Positions 1 to 8,183 of a DNA stretch of 53,052 bases are shown here, piece after piece. The position numbers and the translations under genes are program-made. Source of the DNA: a virus (taxonomy: Duplodnaviria; Caudoviricetes); the IMG/VR virus record IMGVR_UViG_3300022932_000003, positions 1 to 53,052 of that record, one strand, 5' to 3'. The notes below the pieces were generated by a model. The model had not been told where the DNA came from, did no database searches, and was given only the letters and a program-made list of their open reading frames with translations. Within the stretch, counting starts at the first letter, position 1, and each line of letters begins with the position of its first letter.

Positions 1-127
1 ATTCTTTTTGAAAATTTGGATTGGCCAATAATGTATCATAATAATCCTGATCTTTTAGAACTAAATTTTTATCCTTAAAGGATCCTGAATCTTGGCCGGT
101 CTTTTTAAAATGTTCTCTTCTTCTCTT
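1..127. repeat. Terminal direct repeat, copy 1 (identical to 52926-53052); circular-assembly overlap
   Basis: Exact 127-nt match to the window end; the MTase ORF reads in frame across the junction. Confidence 0.95.
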
Positions 128-1531
128 CTTCTCTTCTTCTGATCGACCAAAGCAAACTACTAAAGGCAAATTACTTCCTCCGGCCGTTCCTCCGGCCGTA
201 ATAGTAGATGAAACTTCACTTTCTGAATAATCATTGTATTTGTTTCTGTTTAATAAAATTGGTTCATTAACAATTATTTTGCTTTCATGACCATGACTTT
301 CTGCTCTTAAACAAGGAACTATTCCATTAAATATTAATTTAGCTTCTTTTTCAATATGACCTCGATGTTCTAAAATAACAGGGTTTTCAGAAACCTGAAC
401 AAATGGCTGCCTATTGCCACCTTGCATAGTATTCAGAGTTGGGTATTTCCCCAACTCTGAATAGATTCTATCGTTTGAATGAATCGGATCGTTTAATTGG
501 ATTATTTCATCTTTTATATATCCTGAAGCATAGCCATGAGTTCCGGCGCACAAGGTCGGGAAAACTTCTTCCAAATTATGAACCTGTGAAGCTTGTGTAT
601 TTTGATTAATAAATTCTTTGCCGTTATCTTTTATTAGTTTAGAAACCATTTCATCACTCAAAAAATACTTTTCATCAACAACCGGTTCAAAAATATCTTT
701 CAATCTTTTTTCTAATGGAAAAGTCATTGGAAAATTAAATTTATTTTTAGAATCATCACGGATTCCGATAATAAATATTCTTTCTCTGTTTTGCGGAATG
801 CCGTATTCTTTAGCATTTAAAACCTTGAAATAAATATGATATGGAACTGAATCTTCATAAGGAAAAAAAGTAGGATTTCCATTAACTGACTTACCGCCTA
901 AATAATTTATCCATTCTTGAAAAGTATTTCCGTATAAAGCTTTTTTATTGGTTTTATCATCACTCAAAAGGCCTTTTACATTTTCAAAAATAAATGCTTC
1001 AGGTTTATTCTGTTCTATAAATTCCAAAGAATTAAAAAATAGAATCCCTTTAATATCATTTTTACCTAATCTTTTACCGGCCAAACTAAATGCTTGACAA
1101 GGCGGCGAAGTCATAAAAATATCTAAAGGTTCTTCAGGGATTTGGCGATCATAAACATTGAAAGGATAATAAAAAGAAAATGTTGCTGCATACTGATCTG
1201 CTCTAATTGCAAAATTAAATTTCTTAATTTCTAAATCCGGACCATCTACAGAAATTTTTTTGCATTTCTTTTCAAATTCAGAAATATCCTTTTCTTCTGA
1301 TTTTCCTAAAATTATAAATTCCATTCCGGAACAAAACATTTTATGTTCTTTCGACTGAGCTAAAATTAAATCCTGATCAGTTCCAAAATTTAAAATGTAA
1401 GTAACCCTAGCGCTGTAATCAAAATCACAAGCGAAAACTTTTTCATAATCAATTTCATTTCTAATTAATGCCATATCAAAACTTCCAACACCCGAATAAT
1501 CAGATCCAACTTTTAAAGTACGTGTTTCCAT
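1..1531 (-). CDS. DNA cytosine-C5 methyltransferase, 5' part (continues across the junction to 52723; about 577 aa in total)
   Basis: Manual translation from ATG 1531, open to base 1: METRTLKVGSDYSGVG (motif I), SPPCQAFSLAG (IV), FIFENVKGL (VI), YGIPQNRERIFIIG (VIII); in frame with 52723-52953. Confidence 0.93.
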   Translation of the reverse strand, partial: METRTLKVGSDYSGVGSFDMALIRNEIDYEKVFACDFDYSARVTYILNFGTDQDLILAQSKEHKMFCSGMEFIILGKSEEKDISEFEKKCKKISVDGPDLEIKKFNFAIRADQYAATFSFYYPFNVYDRQIPEEPLDIFMTSPPCQAFSLAGKRLGKNDIKGILFFNSLEFIEQNKPEAFIFENVKGLLSDDKTNKKALYGNTFQEWINYLGGKSVNGNPTFFPYEDSVPYHIYFKVLNAKEYGIPQNRERIFIIGIRDDSKNKFNFPMTFPLEKRLKDIFEPVVDEKYFLSDEMVSKLIKDNGKEFINQNTQASQVHNLEEVFPTLCAGTHGYASGYIKDEIIQLNDPIHSNDRIYSELGKYPTLNTMQGGNRQPFVQVSENPVILEHRGHIEKEAKLIFNGIVPCLRAESHGHESKIIVNEPILLNRNKYNDYSESEVSSTITAGGTAGGSNLPLVVCFGRSEEEKKRRREHFKKTGQDSGSFKDKNLVLKDQDYYDTLLANPNFQKE

Positions 1532-2073
1532 GATTTTTTATTTATTACTGATTGAACAACACTTCTGCTAATATTGTAAATTTCGGCTATTTCTTTATGT
1601 TTTAAAACTCCTTTTAGTTGTCTAATATCAATAACTTTTTCATCATTTAACTTTGCGTTTCCGTGATTAATTCCTAAAATAGGTTTACTCATTCCATTAT
1701 CCCAAGAATGATTTACGTTTTGCTTTGATGTATTCCATTCTAAATTCCAATCATTGTTATTTAACTTATCTCCATCTTTATGGTTTACTTGAGGTAAATT
1801 AAATGGATTTGGTATGAATGCTATTGCGACCAATCTATGAACTGATATATATTTTCTTTCACCTGACTTTTGTAAAACAATTGTTTTATATCCTTTCTTA
1901 ATATTAGGAAGCAATATCACACCTTTTTCTATTTTATTAATAGGATTGTTAGAAATCCTATCTAAACTCCTTACTTGTCCAAAATTAGAAACCTGGTAAA
2001 AACCTTCATAATTATTAATGTCGATCCATTTTTCATAATCTGAACCTACTTTTATTTTTTTATCTTTATACAT
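1513..2073 (-). CDS. NUMOD4-HNH homing endonuclease with C-terminal HTH
   Basis: EKWIDINNYEGFYQVSNFGQVRS (NUMOD4); VHRLVAIAF..QVNHKDGDKLNN..NLEW (HNH_3); start moved to ATG 2073. Confidence 0.9.
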   Translation of the reverse strand: MYKDKKIKVGSDYEKWIDINNYEGFYQVSNFGQVRSLDRISNNPINKIEKGVILLPNIKKGYKTIVLQKSGERKYISVHRLVAIAFIPNPFNLPQVNHKDGDKLNNNDWNLEWNTSKQNVNHSWDNGMSKPILGINHGNAKLNDEKVIDIRQLKGVLKHKEIAEIYNISRSVVQSVINKKSWKHVL

Positions 2074-2764
2074 AAATTCCAATTTCTTTGTTAAATCTCA
2101 GTCTTAAACTTAATCTTTCTTCAGTAGAAAACATTCTGTCCTGTAATTTTAACCATTTGACTATTCCGCGGCAAATTGTAATTTTTTCTTTGATTTCCTG
2201 AATAGTTAATTTTATTGGCGCAATTGATTGTAAAGAATCCATGTACTCCAAATAATCCCTACCAAACAATTTCCTAATTCCTTTTTGATATCTAATAGTA
2301 TCGCCTGCTTTCCAACTGTTAGAATGTTCAGATTGTAACCAAATGTTTTCTAAATGGTATCTAATGGTTCCGTTTGATCCAACCGAAATATAATGGCCTG
2401 CGTTCATTTTGCCAACAAATTTATTAGTTGCTATACATGCATGACCATTATCAATTAAACGAACGATAGAGTTAATTTCTTTTTGAAGATCATTTCTAAA
2501 AGCCGAAATTGTTTTTAGATTTTCTTTTTGCTGCTTAATTTCTTCACGGTTATTTTTAACAACTATTTTTTGATTGTTGTTTTTGCCTTTCAGCATAGCC
2601 CTTTGCATAATTAATTTGCCCGGTTCCGTTTTAAGAAGGAAATCAGAATAGCACCCGCACATAAGACCAAGCCCGAGCTTTCTATGAAAAGTTAGTTTTC
2701 CACAACCTAAATCTTTTGTTATACCAAGCCCTTTGCAGGGCTTTTCTTTTATTGGAATTCCCAT
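2066..2764 (-). CDS. ninG: NinG/Rap-like recombination endonuclease
   Basis: N..VRLID.GHACIA..NAGHYISVG..RYHLENIWLQ..HSN..G. Confidence 0.75.
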   Translation of the reverse strand: MGIPIKEKPCKGLGITKDLGCGKLTFHRKLGLGLMCGCYSDFLLKTEPGKLIMQRAMLKGKNNNQKIVVKNNREEIKQQKENLKTISAFRNDLQKEINSIVRLIDNGHACIATNKFVGKMNAGHYISVGSNGTIRYHLENIWLQSEHSNSWKAGDTIRYQKGIRKLFGRDYLEYMDSLQSIAPIKLTIQEIKEKITICRGIVKWLKLQDRMFSTEERLSLRLRFNKEIGIYV

Positions 2765-2766
2765 AA

Positions 2767-3507
2767 TTAAAAAATTATTTCAGTTTGTTTTTGTTTTTCT
2801 AAATATTCCTTGTAATAATTATTCCATCGATATAAAAAATCAGAGTGATGATCCACATCAAGTTCACAAGCTACCAATTCAAACCCTAGATTATTACATG
2901 CAATTGCTATGCTTCCGGAACCTAAATGCGTATCAATTATTTTAAATCCCGTTGAAGCATAATTTCTCAAAAGATATTCATATAAAATTACTGGTTTTTG
3001 TGTTTGATGAATTCTTTCTTCATTTAGATTTTTATTTCCTTGTTGAATTAAAGCTTTTTTAATATCTTTTCCACAATAAACACCTTGAAACATTCCACGC
3101 CACAAATAATAAATAATATCTGTTCTGTTATTTAAACTACACCAAGCTAATTCACACCCAAACTGATCAGATTCTCCATTTAGTTTGTCCCAAACAATAT
3201 AACCGCCTTTTAAACCGTAATAATTGCCGCCGAAAATAATTTGATTTTTAGAAACTCTAAATAGCTCGAGTAAATACTCATTGTCTGATAATTTTAAATC
3301 CCAATCCTTTTGTTTATAATTTGGTTGCTTAATTTTTGATTTCTTGCCATTATTTTGAGTTACAATATTTGGTTTTATACTTGGCTTACTTGCTCCGATG
3401 CAATATTCTAAATCAACAATTGCTAAATCGAAATAATTATCAGGATAACGAGACATTAAAATTTTGTTGTCTTCGTTTGTTACCGTTATTTTATTTGTTA
3501 AATTCAT
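2767..3507 (-). CDS. N6-adenine/N4-cytosine DNA methyltransferase (beta class) with atypical catalytic motif DLEY
   Basis: FDLAIVDLEY, SKNQIIFGGNY, IHQTQKPV.LY, IIDTHLGSGSIAIA, ACELD; probable start ATG 3507. Confidence 0.85.
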   Translation of the reverse strand: MNLTNKITVTNEDNKILMSRYPDNYFDLAIVDLEYCIGASKPSIKPNIVTQNNGKKSKIKQPNYKQKDWDLKLSDNEYLLELFRVSKNQIIFGGNYYGLKGGYIVWDKLNGESDQFGCELAWCSLNNRTDIIYYLWRGMFQGVYCGKDIKKALIQQGNKNLNEERIHQTQKPVILYEYLLRNYASTGFKIIDTHLGSGSIAIACNNLGFELVACELDVDHHSDFLYRWNNYYKEYLEKQKQTEIIF

Positions 3508-3847
3508 GTTCAGGTATTTCAGCAGTTCCTGCGGTTTTACAAACAACTTTAATTCCAATTTCTAAACAAACATTAATTTCTGATCTCATACCGTTTGAAA
3601 TTCTATCACCGTATAGCCAAATTTCATTAATAAATCCCTTTTTAAGCATGAATAAACCATTTGCTAAACCTCTTTCACGTTCTACAGATTTTGAATCATC
3701 TAAAGCATATAAATCTGATAAATACGGAACGAATGGAATAATATTTGGTTCGGTTAAATTTACTTCTCTGCAGATTGCAATTACTTTTTTAATGTTGTTT
3801 TCAACATCACCGCCTATTGGATGGGCGATATATACTATTTTTGACAT
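3491..3847 (-). CDS. DUF4406/nucleoside-deoxyribosyltransferase-like protein
   Basis: VYIAHPIGGD..N; EIWLYGDRIS.GM..EI pattern. Confidence 0.6.
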   Translation of the reverse strand: MSKIVYIAHPIGGDVENNIKKVIAICREVNLTEPNIIPFVPYLSDLYALDDSKSVERERGLANGLFMLKKGFINEIWLYGDRISNGMRSEINVCLEIGIKVVCKTAGTAEIPEHEFNK

Positions 3848-3858
3848 AATTTTTTTTA

Positions 3859-4266
3859 TTAAAACAAACTCAATTGTTGATTTATATTTTTAACTAATTT
3901 CTTAAACTCTATTTTATCAAAATTATAATTTATAATTTGCTCAATAACCAAAGCATATTCATCTTTTTCAAACAATGCTTTATAATAGCCGTTATCATCA
4001 TATTTTTGAATTACTTTTTCTAGAGTTTTATTAAAGCAGTTTTTAATATTTCTATCTTGTAATCTAATAGAAAAATCAACTTCATATTCTTTATAAAATT
4101 CATTTAGATTATCAATAAATTTTTTATGATTTTTGGTATAAAGTAATTCAGAGAATTTAATACTACTGACCTTGTAACAGAAAATAAAAATCGTTGCAAT
4201 ACTTAATTTATCTTCAACGCTGTAAATCTCCCTAGTGGTTTCATATATTATTTTTTCTATTTCCAT
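3859..4266 (-). CDS. Hypothetical protein
   Basis: 135-aa ORF, first gene after the promoter at 4289. Confidence 0.6.
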   Translation of the reverse strand: MEIEKIIYETTREIYSVEDKLSIATIFIFCYKVSSIKFSELLYTKNHKKFIDNLNEFYKEYEVDFSIRLQDRNIKNCFNKTLEKVIQKYDDNGYYKALFEKDEYALVIEQIINYNFDKIEFKKLVKNINQQLSLF

Positions 4267-4288
4267 TATTTTACTTTTTAATTATACG

Positions 4289-4348
4289 TAAATGTACTTT
4301 TTATACAAACACAAAATACATTCAATCGTAGTTTAGAATGATTTTAAA
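4289..4348 (-). promoter_or_regulatory. Promoter (-7 TACATTTA 4289-4296), 15-bp operator (4293-4307) and 17-bp palindromic box (4332-4348)
   Basis: Motif alignment with the other intergenic regions. Confidence 0.6.
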
Positions 4349-4822
4349 TTAATATCTGAAAGGCGTAAAATGAATAATCGCCATCGGTTCTGATAAATCA
4401 TATTTTTTAAACCACTCAAAAAAATCAACTTCTGAAAGTCCATCATTAGTTGATATTTGGTAATGGGTTACTTCTGTATCAACATATTTTTTTGCCGATT
4501 CCCAATCCACGTATGGATATAAGTAATTTGATTGATTAAATATTAGCTTTTGAATACCAATAGCGGAATCTTTATCAAAAACAAATACTTCTTTTTGCTT
4601 TGATTTGTACGGTTTACCTGTCCAATATCTAACTGATAAAATTGCATTTCCGGCTTGAACTTCTTCAATACGTTTTTTCCAAAGCGGATAATTTCCGCGG
4701 ATTGTATGAAGTTTTGTTTGATTTGAAATTGAGTTTATAAAACCCGTTGGCAATCCTGATTTATTATGTGTTTTTGGGAAAAATTCTGAAACAGTCAACA
4801 CGTAAGTTTTATTTTTTTTCAT
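4349..4822 (-). CDS. ASCH/PUA-like phage protein
   Basis: K.HTIR near the N-terminus and DGLS..DF..WF at the C-terminus. Confidence 0.45.
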   Translation of the reverse strand: MKKNKTYVLTVSEFFPKTHNKSGLPTGFINSISNQTKLHTIRGNYPLWKKRIEEVQAGNAILSVRYWTGKPYKSKQKEVFVFDKDSAIGIQKLIFNQSNYLYPYVDWESAKKYVDTEVTHYQISTNDGLSEVDFFEWFKKYDLSEPMAIIHFTPFRY

Positions 4823-4824
4823 GA

Positions 4825-5463
4825 TTATTTTAGTTTTTCAATTAATTCTCTTTCGTAAGCGTAATAACATTTTTTAAACAACTTTTTCACATCAAGTTTA
4901 TCTTTATGCAAAAATTTTCCATCTTTAATTTTGGTGCATTGTCCAAATTCATCAACATAAATTAATCCGGCGTATTCCGGAACTTCTTCTTTGCTGATCA
5001 ATCCCGTAGGCACAACGTAAAAAAACTTATTTGGCAGCAACTTGTTATCGTGCGAAACAAATCTAATTTTTGATGAAATTGTTGCCCGCAAATCCAATAC
5101 AGTAACTTCTTCGAAAAAAGGATCGTGCGTTAATCTTCGTCTTTGAATGTATTCTTCAGATTCTACTAATTCCGGGAATTCTTTACAAAATTGCCAACTA
5201 GGATTAAAAGAAAGCGAAATACCTTCTTTTCTCAGAAATAAATTTCCTTTGATTTCGTTAGCCTTATGAATCGTGTGTTTCTCTTTCTTGAAATCAGCTT
5301 TGAAATCTGAACGGCTGATCTTAATTTCACATTCATAACAGAATCCGGAATCTAAGAAGCTCAGAAAGTCTGATTCATTCCCGAAGTAGTAAACGTTAGT
5401 AAATTTATATTTGTGCGAATGGAATGCACGAAATAGCGCTTTTTGAATTGATTTTTCAGTCAT
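4825..5463 (-). CDS. MmcB-like PD-(D/E)XK nuclease
   Basis: D..ECEIKISRSDFKADFKK; PNKFFYVVP..EVPEYAGLIYV. Confidence 0.7.
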   Translation of the reverse strand: MTEKSIQKALFRAFHSHKYKFTNVYYFGNESDFLSFLDSGFCYECEIKISRSDFKADFKKEKHTIHKANEIKGNLFLRKEGISLSFNPSWQFCKEFPELVESEEYIQRRRLTHDPFFEEVTVLDLRATISSKIRFVSHDNKLLPNKFFYVVPTGLISKEEVPEYAGLIYVDEFGQCTKIKDGKFLHKDKLDVKKLFKKCYYAYERELIEKLK

Positions 5464-5726
5464 GGCTTCGGTTTTAATAATTCACGAACCTGATCGGCTT
5501 TGTTTAAATGCTTTGGTAATTCTTGTCTAATCGTTTCAAACAAAGAAATTAATCCTTTTTCATGTTCTTCTAAAGTAGAACGTCCTAATTTTTCATAAAA
5601 TACTTTTAGAAAAGTTTCAGATCCATAAACGGTTAATTCTCTTAAAGCCCTAGCTTCAACTTCTGTAAGAGTGATATTTATTTCAATATCAAATTTTGAT
5701 TGCGATTTTACTAATTGATCTTTCAT
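5460..5726 (-). CDS. Hypothetical protein
   Basis: 88-aa ORF with ATGA overlap to the next gene. Confidence 0.6.
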   Translation of the reverse strand: MKDQLVKSQSKFDIEINITLTEVEARALRELTVYGSETFLKVFYEKLGRSTLEEHEKGLISLFETIRQELPKHLNKADQVRELLKPKP

Positions 5727-5730
5727 AATT

Positions 5731-6558
5731 TTATTTTAAAATGGTTAATAATTCTTCTAAGGTGATTTTTGATTTCAAAATATAATCCGAAACCAAAATA
5801 CTTCTGCATTTATTTTGAACTGCAATCGGTTTTTTTCCGTTTTGATATGTTTTTTCGAACGCAGATATTTTAAATTTAAAGTCTAAAGGATTTTGTTTGA
5901 TGATTCTTTTGCGTTCTGCAGGAATATAAACAGCCATTTCTTTTTTAAACAATTCAACTTTTTCATCATTCGAAATTTCTATCTTTTTAAGATCTTCCAA
6001 TTGTTTGAAAATATACCAGGCATCAGAACAAAAACCTTTTTCAATTATTTCATTGAAAACCATTTCAATAAATTCAGTTCTTATTTTTTGCTTTTCTGAT
6101 TGTGATTTTTCTATTGGAGCATTTAATAAATTTTGTCTTTTAAGTAAAAAAGGTTCAACTGCTGCGTTTCTATATTCGATGTATGCATTCAAAATTTCAC
6201 CAACGGCAACGCAATCAACTAATCTGAAAACTTTTACATCAACAAATTTTTTAGAAACATAAAGCTTAAACGCTTCTTTTATCTCCGATGGTGTAAGATT
6301 TGAAAAATGAGAATTTATAATATCAGCAATCAAAATCATTTGCCTGTCAATTTCATCCTGTTCATCCTGAGTAACAATTTTAATATTCAAAATATCTAAC
6401 ATGAAATCTAAACAACTTTCTTTTTCGTTAGCCGTTACGGTTTTCCATTTCGGTTCGTTTTCTTTCAGCGTCAGCAAGTAGGGTTTGTTCTGCTCTAGCA
6501 ATGCTAAATCTTGCGCGGGTTTTTGTATTGCCGGTAAATTGTTGTTCTGATTTTCCAT
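5731..6558 (-). CDS. Putative replication accessory protein (helicase loader-like)
   Basis: Overlaps and follows the initiator (lambda O-P-like synteny); function inferred from position. Confidence 0.45.
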   Translation of the reverse strand: MENQNNNLPAIQKPAQDLALLEQNKPYLLTLKENEPKWKTVTANEKESCLDFMLDILNIKIVTQDEQDEIDRQMILIADIINSHFSNLTPSEIKEAFKLYVSKKFVDVKVFRLVDCVAVGEILNAYIEYRNAAVEPFLLKRQNLLNAPIEKSQSEKQKIRTEFIEMVFNEIIEKGFCSDAWYIFKQLEDLKKIEISNDEKVELFKKEMAVYIPAERKRIIKQNPLDFKFKISAFEKTYQNGKKPIAVQNKCRSILVSDYILKSKITLEELLTILK

Positions 6559-7432
6559 TTGATTTGTGTTTTTGCATTATTAATTTTGAAATCTGTTTTC
6601 TTAAAGTTTTTGTGCAAAGAATATTTGGCTTCCAAAATTCACCCTCTAAACTATTTAAGAAATTATAAGCTTCTTTGAACTGTTCCTGTGTTACCTGATC
6701 TTTTTCAAACATCAAACGAATAGGATCAACATAATTTTTATATTTTGCGTTTTCCTGATCACTAAAAGGCGAATCTTTTTCTTTTAAATTTTTAATGAAA
6801 AGTTTTTGAAACCAAACCGCTGTTTTAAAATATTTTTTTTCATTTTCAGAACAATTGATATTATAATTTTTAAATGAAAGAATATTTTCGTCGGAAATTT
6901 TTATTTCCGATAAAAAAGAAATATTAAGTTTCTTTATAATATCTTCTCTTTTCTCTTCTTTATCTAATCTTATCTTATCTGCGATGTTTTGCGATCCTGT
7001 TGCGATCGGGGTGCGATCATCTACCGATTGCTTTGCGACTGATTTAGAAAGTTCAATTGCCTTTTCCAAAGATATTTTTTTAGAAACAAAATCATCATAA
7101 ATTTCTTTATGCCAACGCTTTAAGTTTCCAATTATGCCACTATTACTTTTATCTTTAGAATCTTCTTTTATCTCAAACATTTGTTCATCTAAAAAAGAAA
7201 TATAAACCCGATTATGATCAAGACTGATTATTTTTTTTGATTTTAAAATATCAAAATGATCTTGATCAATTTCAATTACTGCATCTTCTATTGTCATTTC
7301 GCATCCTTTGGACCAATACAGCGAACATAAACGAATAAACCTTGCCTGAGTAATTTCGCCGCATCTTTGTATTTTACCCATCATCCAAGCTGATGGATTA
7401 AATTTAAACCAGGGAATATTTTCCATAATCAA
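6428..7432 (-). CDS. Replication initiator (YdaU/DUF1376-like N-terminus)
   Basis: PWFKFNPSAWMMG N-terminus; central iteron linker; FW..NIL...LR C-terminal domain. Confidence 0.7.
   Translation of the reverse strand: MIMENIPWFKFNPSAWMMGKIQRCGEITQARFIRLCSLYWSKGCEMTIEDAVIEIDQDHFDILKSKKIISLDHNRVYISFLDEQMFEIKEDSKDKSNSGIIGNLKRWHKEIYDDFVSKKISLEKAIELSKSVAKQSVDDRTPIATGSQNIADKIRLDKEEKREDIIKKLNISFLSEIKISDENILSFKNYNINCSENEKKYFKTAVWFQKLFIKNLKEKDSPFSDQENAKYKNYVDPIRLMFEKDQVTQEQFKEAYNFLNSLEGEFWKPNILCTKTLRKQISKLIMQKHKSNGKSEQQFTGNTKTRARFSIARAEQTLLADAERKRTEMENRNG
6940..7040. promoter_or_regulatory. Putative replication origin: iterons plus adjacent strand-asymmetric AT-rich tract
   Basis: TGCGAT at 6980, 6990, 7001, 7012; variants at 7023 and 7034; pyrimidine tract about 6940-6980. 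Confidence 0.7.
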
Positions 7433-7797
7433 GTTTTATAAGTTTCAATAAGCCTATTTAAAGCCAAAAGTTTTTTTGATAGATAATCACGTTGTTTGAT
7501 TAATGATTCATAAAACGCGTCGATTTCGGGTTCATTTGGCTTTTCAATATCTTTTTCCGGATCCATTTCGAAAACAATTTCATTTTTAGGTTTTTCGGGC
7601 TCAATATACCCAAAAGGCATTTTATGAAAAACGGCAAAAGTGTTGATCAAACAATAAACCTCGTTATCATCTTCATCATAAGGATAAATACCCCTTTCTT
7701 TTGCTTTTTTGACAACATAAGCTTTGGGTTTATTTCCGTATTCATTTACTAGGCGCCTGAGTAATTCACGCCTTAATGCTGTTGTTTTAGTTTCCAT
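7429..7797 (-). CDS. Hypothetical protein
   Basis: 122-aa ORF coupled to the initiator. Confidence 0.6.
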   Translation of the reverse strand: METKTTALRRELLRRLVNEYGNKPKAYVVKKAKERGIYPYDEDDNEVYCLINTFAVFHKMPFGYIEPEKPKNEIVFEMDPEKDIEKPNEPEIDAFYESLIKQRDYLSKKLLALNRLIETYKT

Positions 7798-7799
7798 TG

Positions 7800-7991
7800 T
7801 TAAGTAATTTTAATTGAATTTGAAACATTTGGTGTAATATGGATACTAGAATCAGCAGAGCCATAAACTTTTATAATTTCAAGGTTTTTAAATTTATCTA
7901 CTGAAATTCTAAATTCTGTATCATCATCAACAATTACTGTAATATGACGCGCCTGAAGAATTATTTCTGAATTATCGTGCTTATATTCCAT
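7800..7991 (-). CDS. Hypothetical protein
   Basis: 63-aa ORF directly after the structured leader. Confidence 0.55.
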   Translation of the reverse strand: MEYKHDNSEIILQARHITVIVDDDTEFRISVDKFKNLEIIKVYGSADSSIHITPNVSNSIKIT

Positions 7992-8009
7992 AATAAAAAG
8001 TATTAAATA

Positions 8010-8123
8010 GCAAAATCCTATCAGTTTGGCAAAGATGTGAGACGTGCCGCCCTGATAGGACTTGTATAATATTTTCCGTTATGTTACTGTAGTTTGGTAT
8101 TGCGTCTCACTTCAATACAGTAG
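8010..8123 (-). ncRNA. Structured leader RNA A (two hairpins with complementary loops)
   Basis: Loop GTGAGACG (8103-8110) complements loop CGTCTCAC (8037-8044); stem TCCTATCAG/CTGATAGGA. Confidence 0.65.
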
Positions 8124-8183
8124 CAAAAATACACATTTATTTCAATGTACAAACAATTTAAGTTAATTTATAATGATTTTAAA
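8124..8183 (-). promoter_or_regulatory. Promoter (-7 TATTTTTG 8124-8131, -33 TTTG 8150-8153) with palindromic box 8167-8183
   Basis: Bacteroidota sigma-A consensus. Confidence 0.7.

Noticed and set aside
113-199. (TTCTCTTC)x3.5 and a 12-nt tandem duplication in the MTase as phase-variation tracts
   Set aside because: Too few copies; explained by EEEKKRRRE and TAGG-TAGG coding; frame intact
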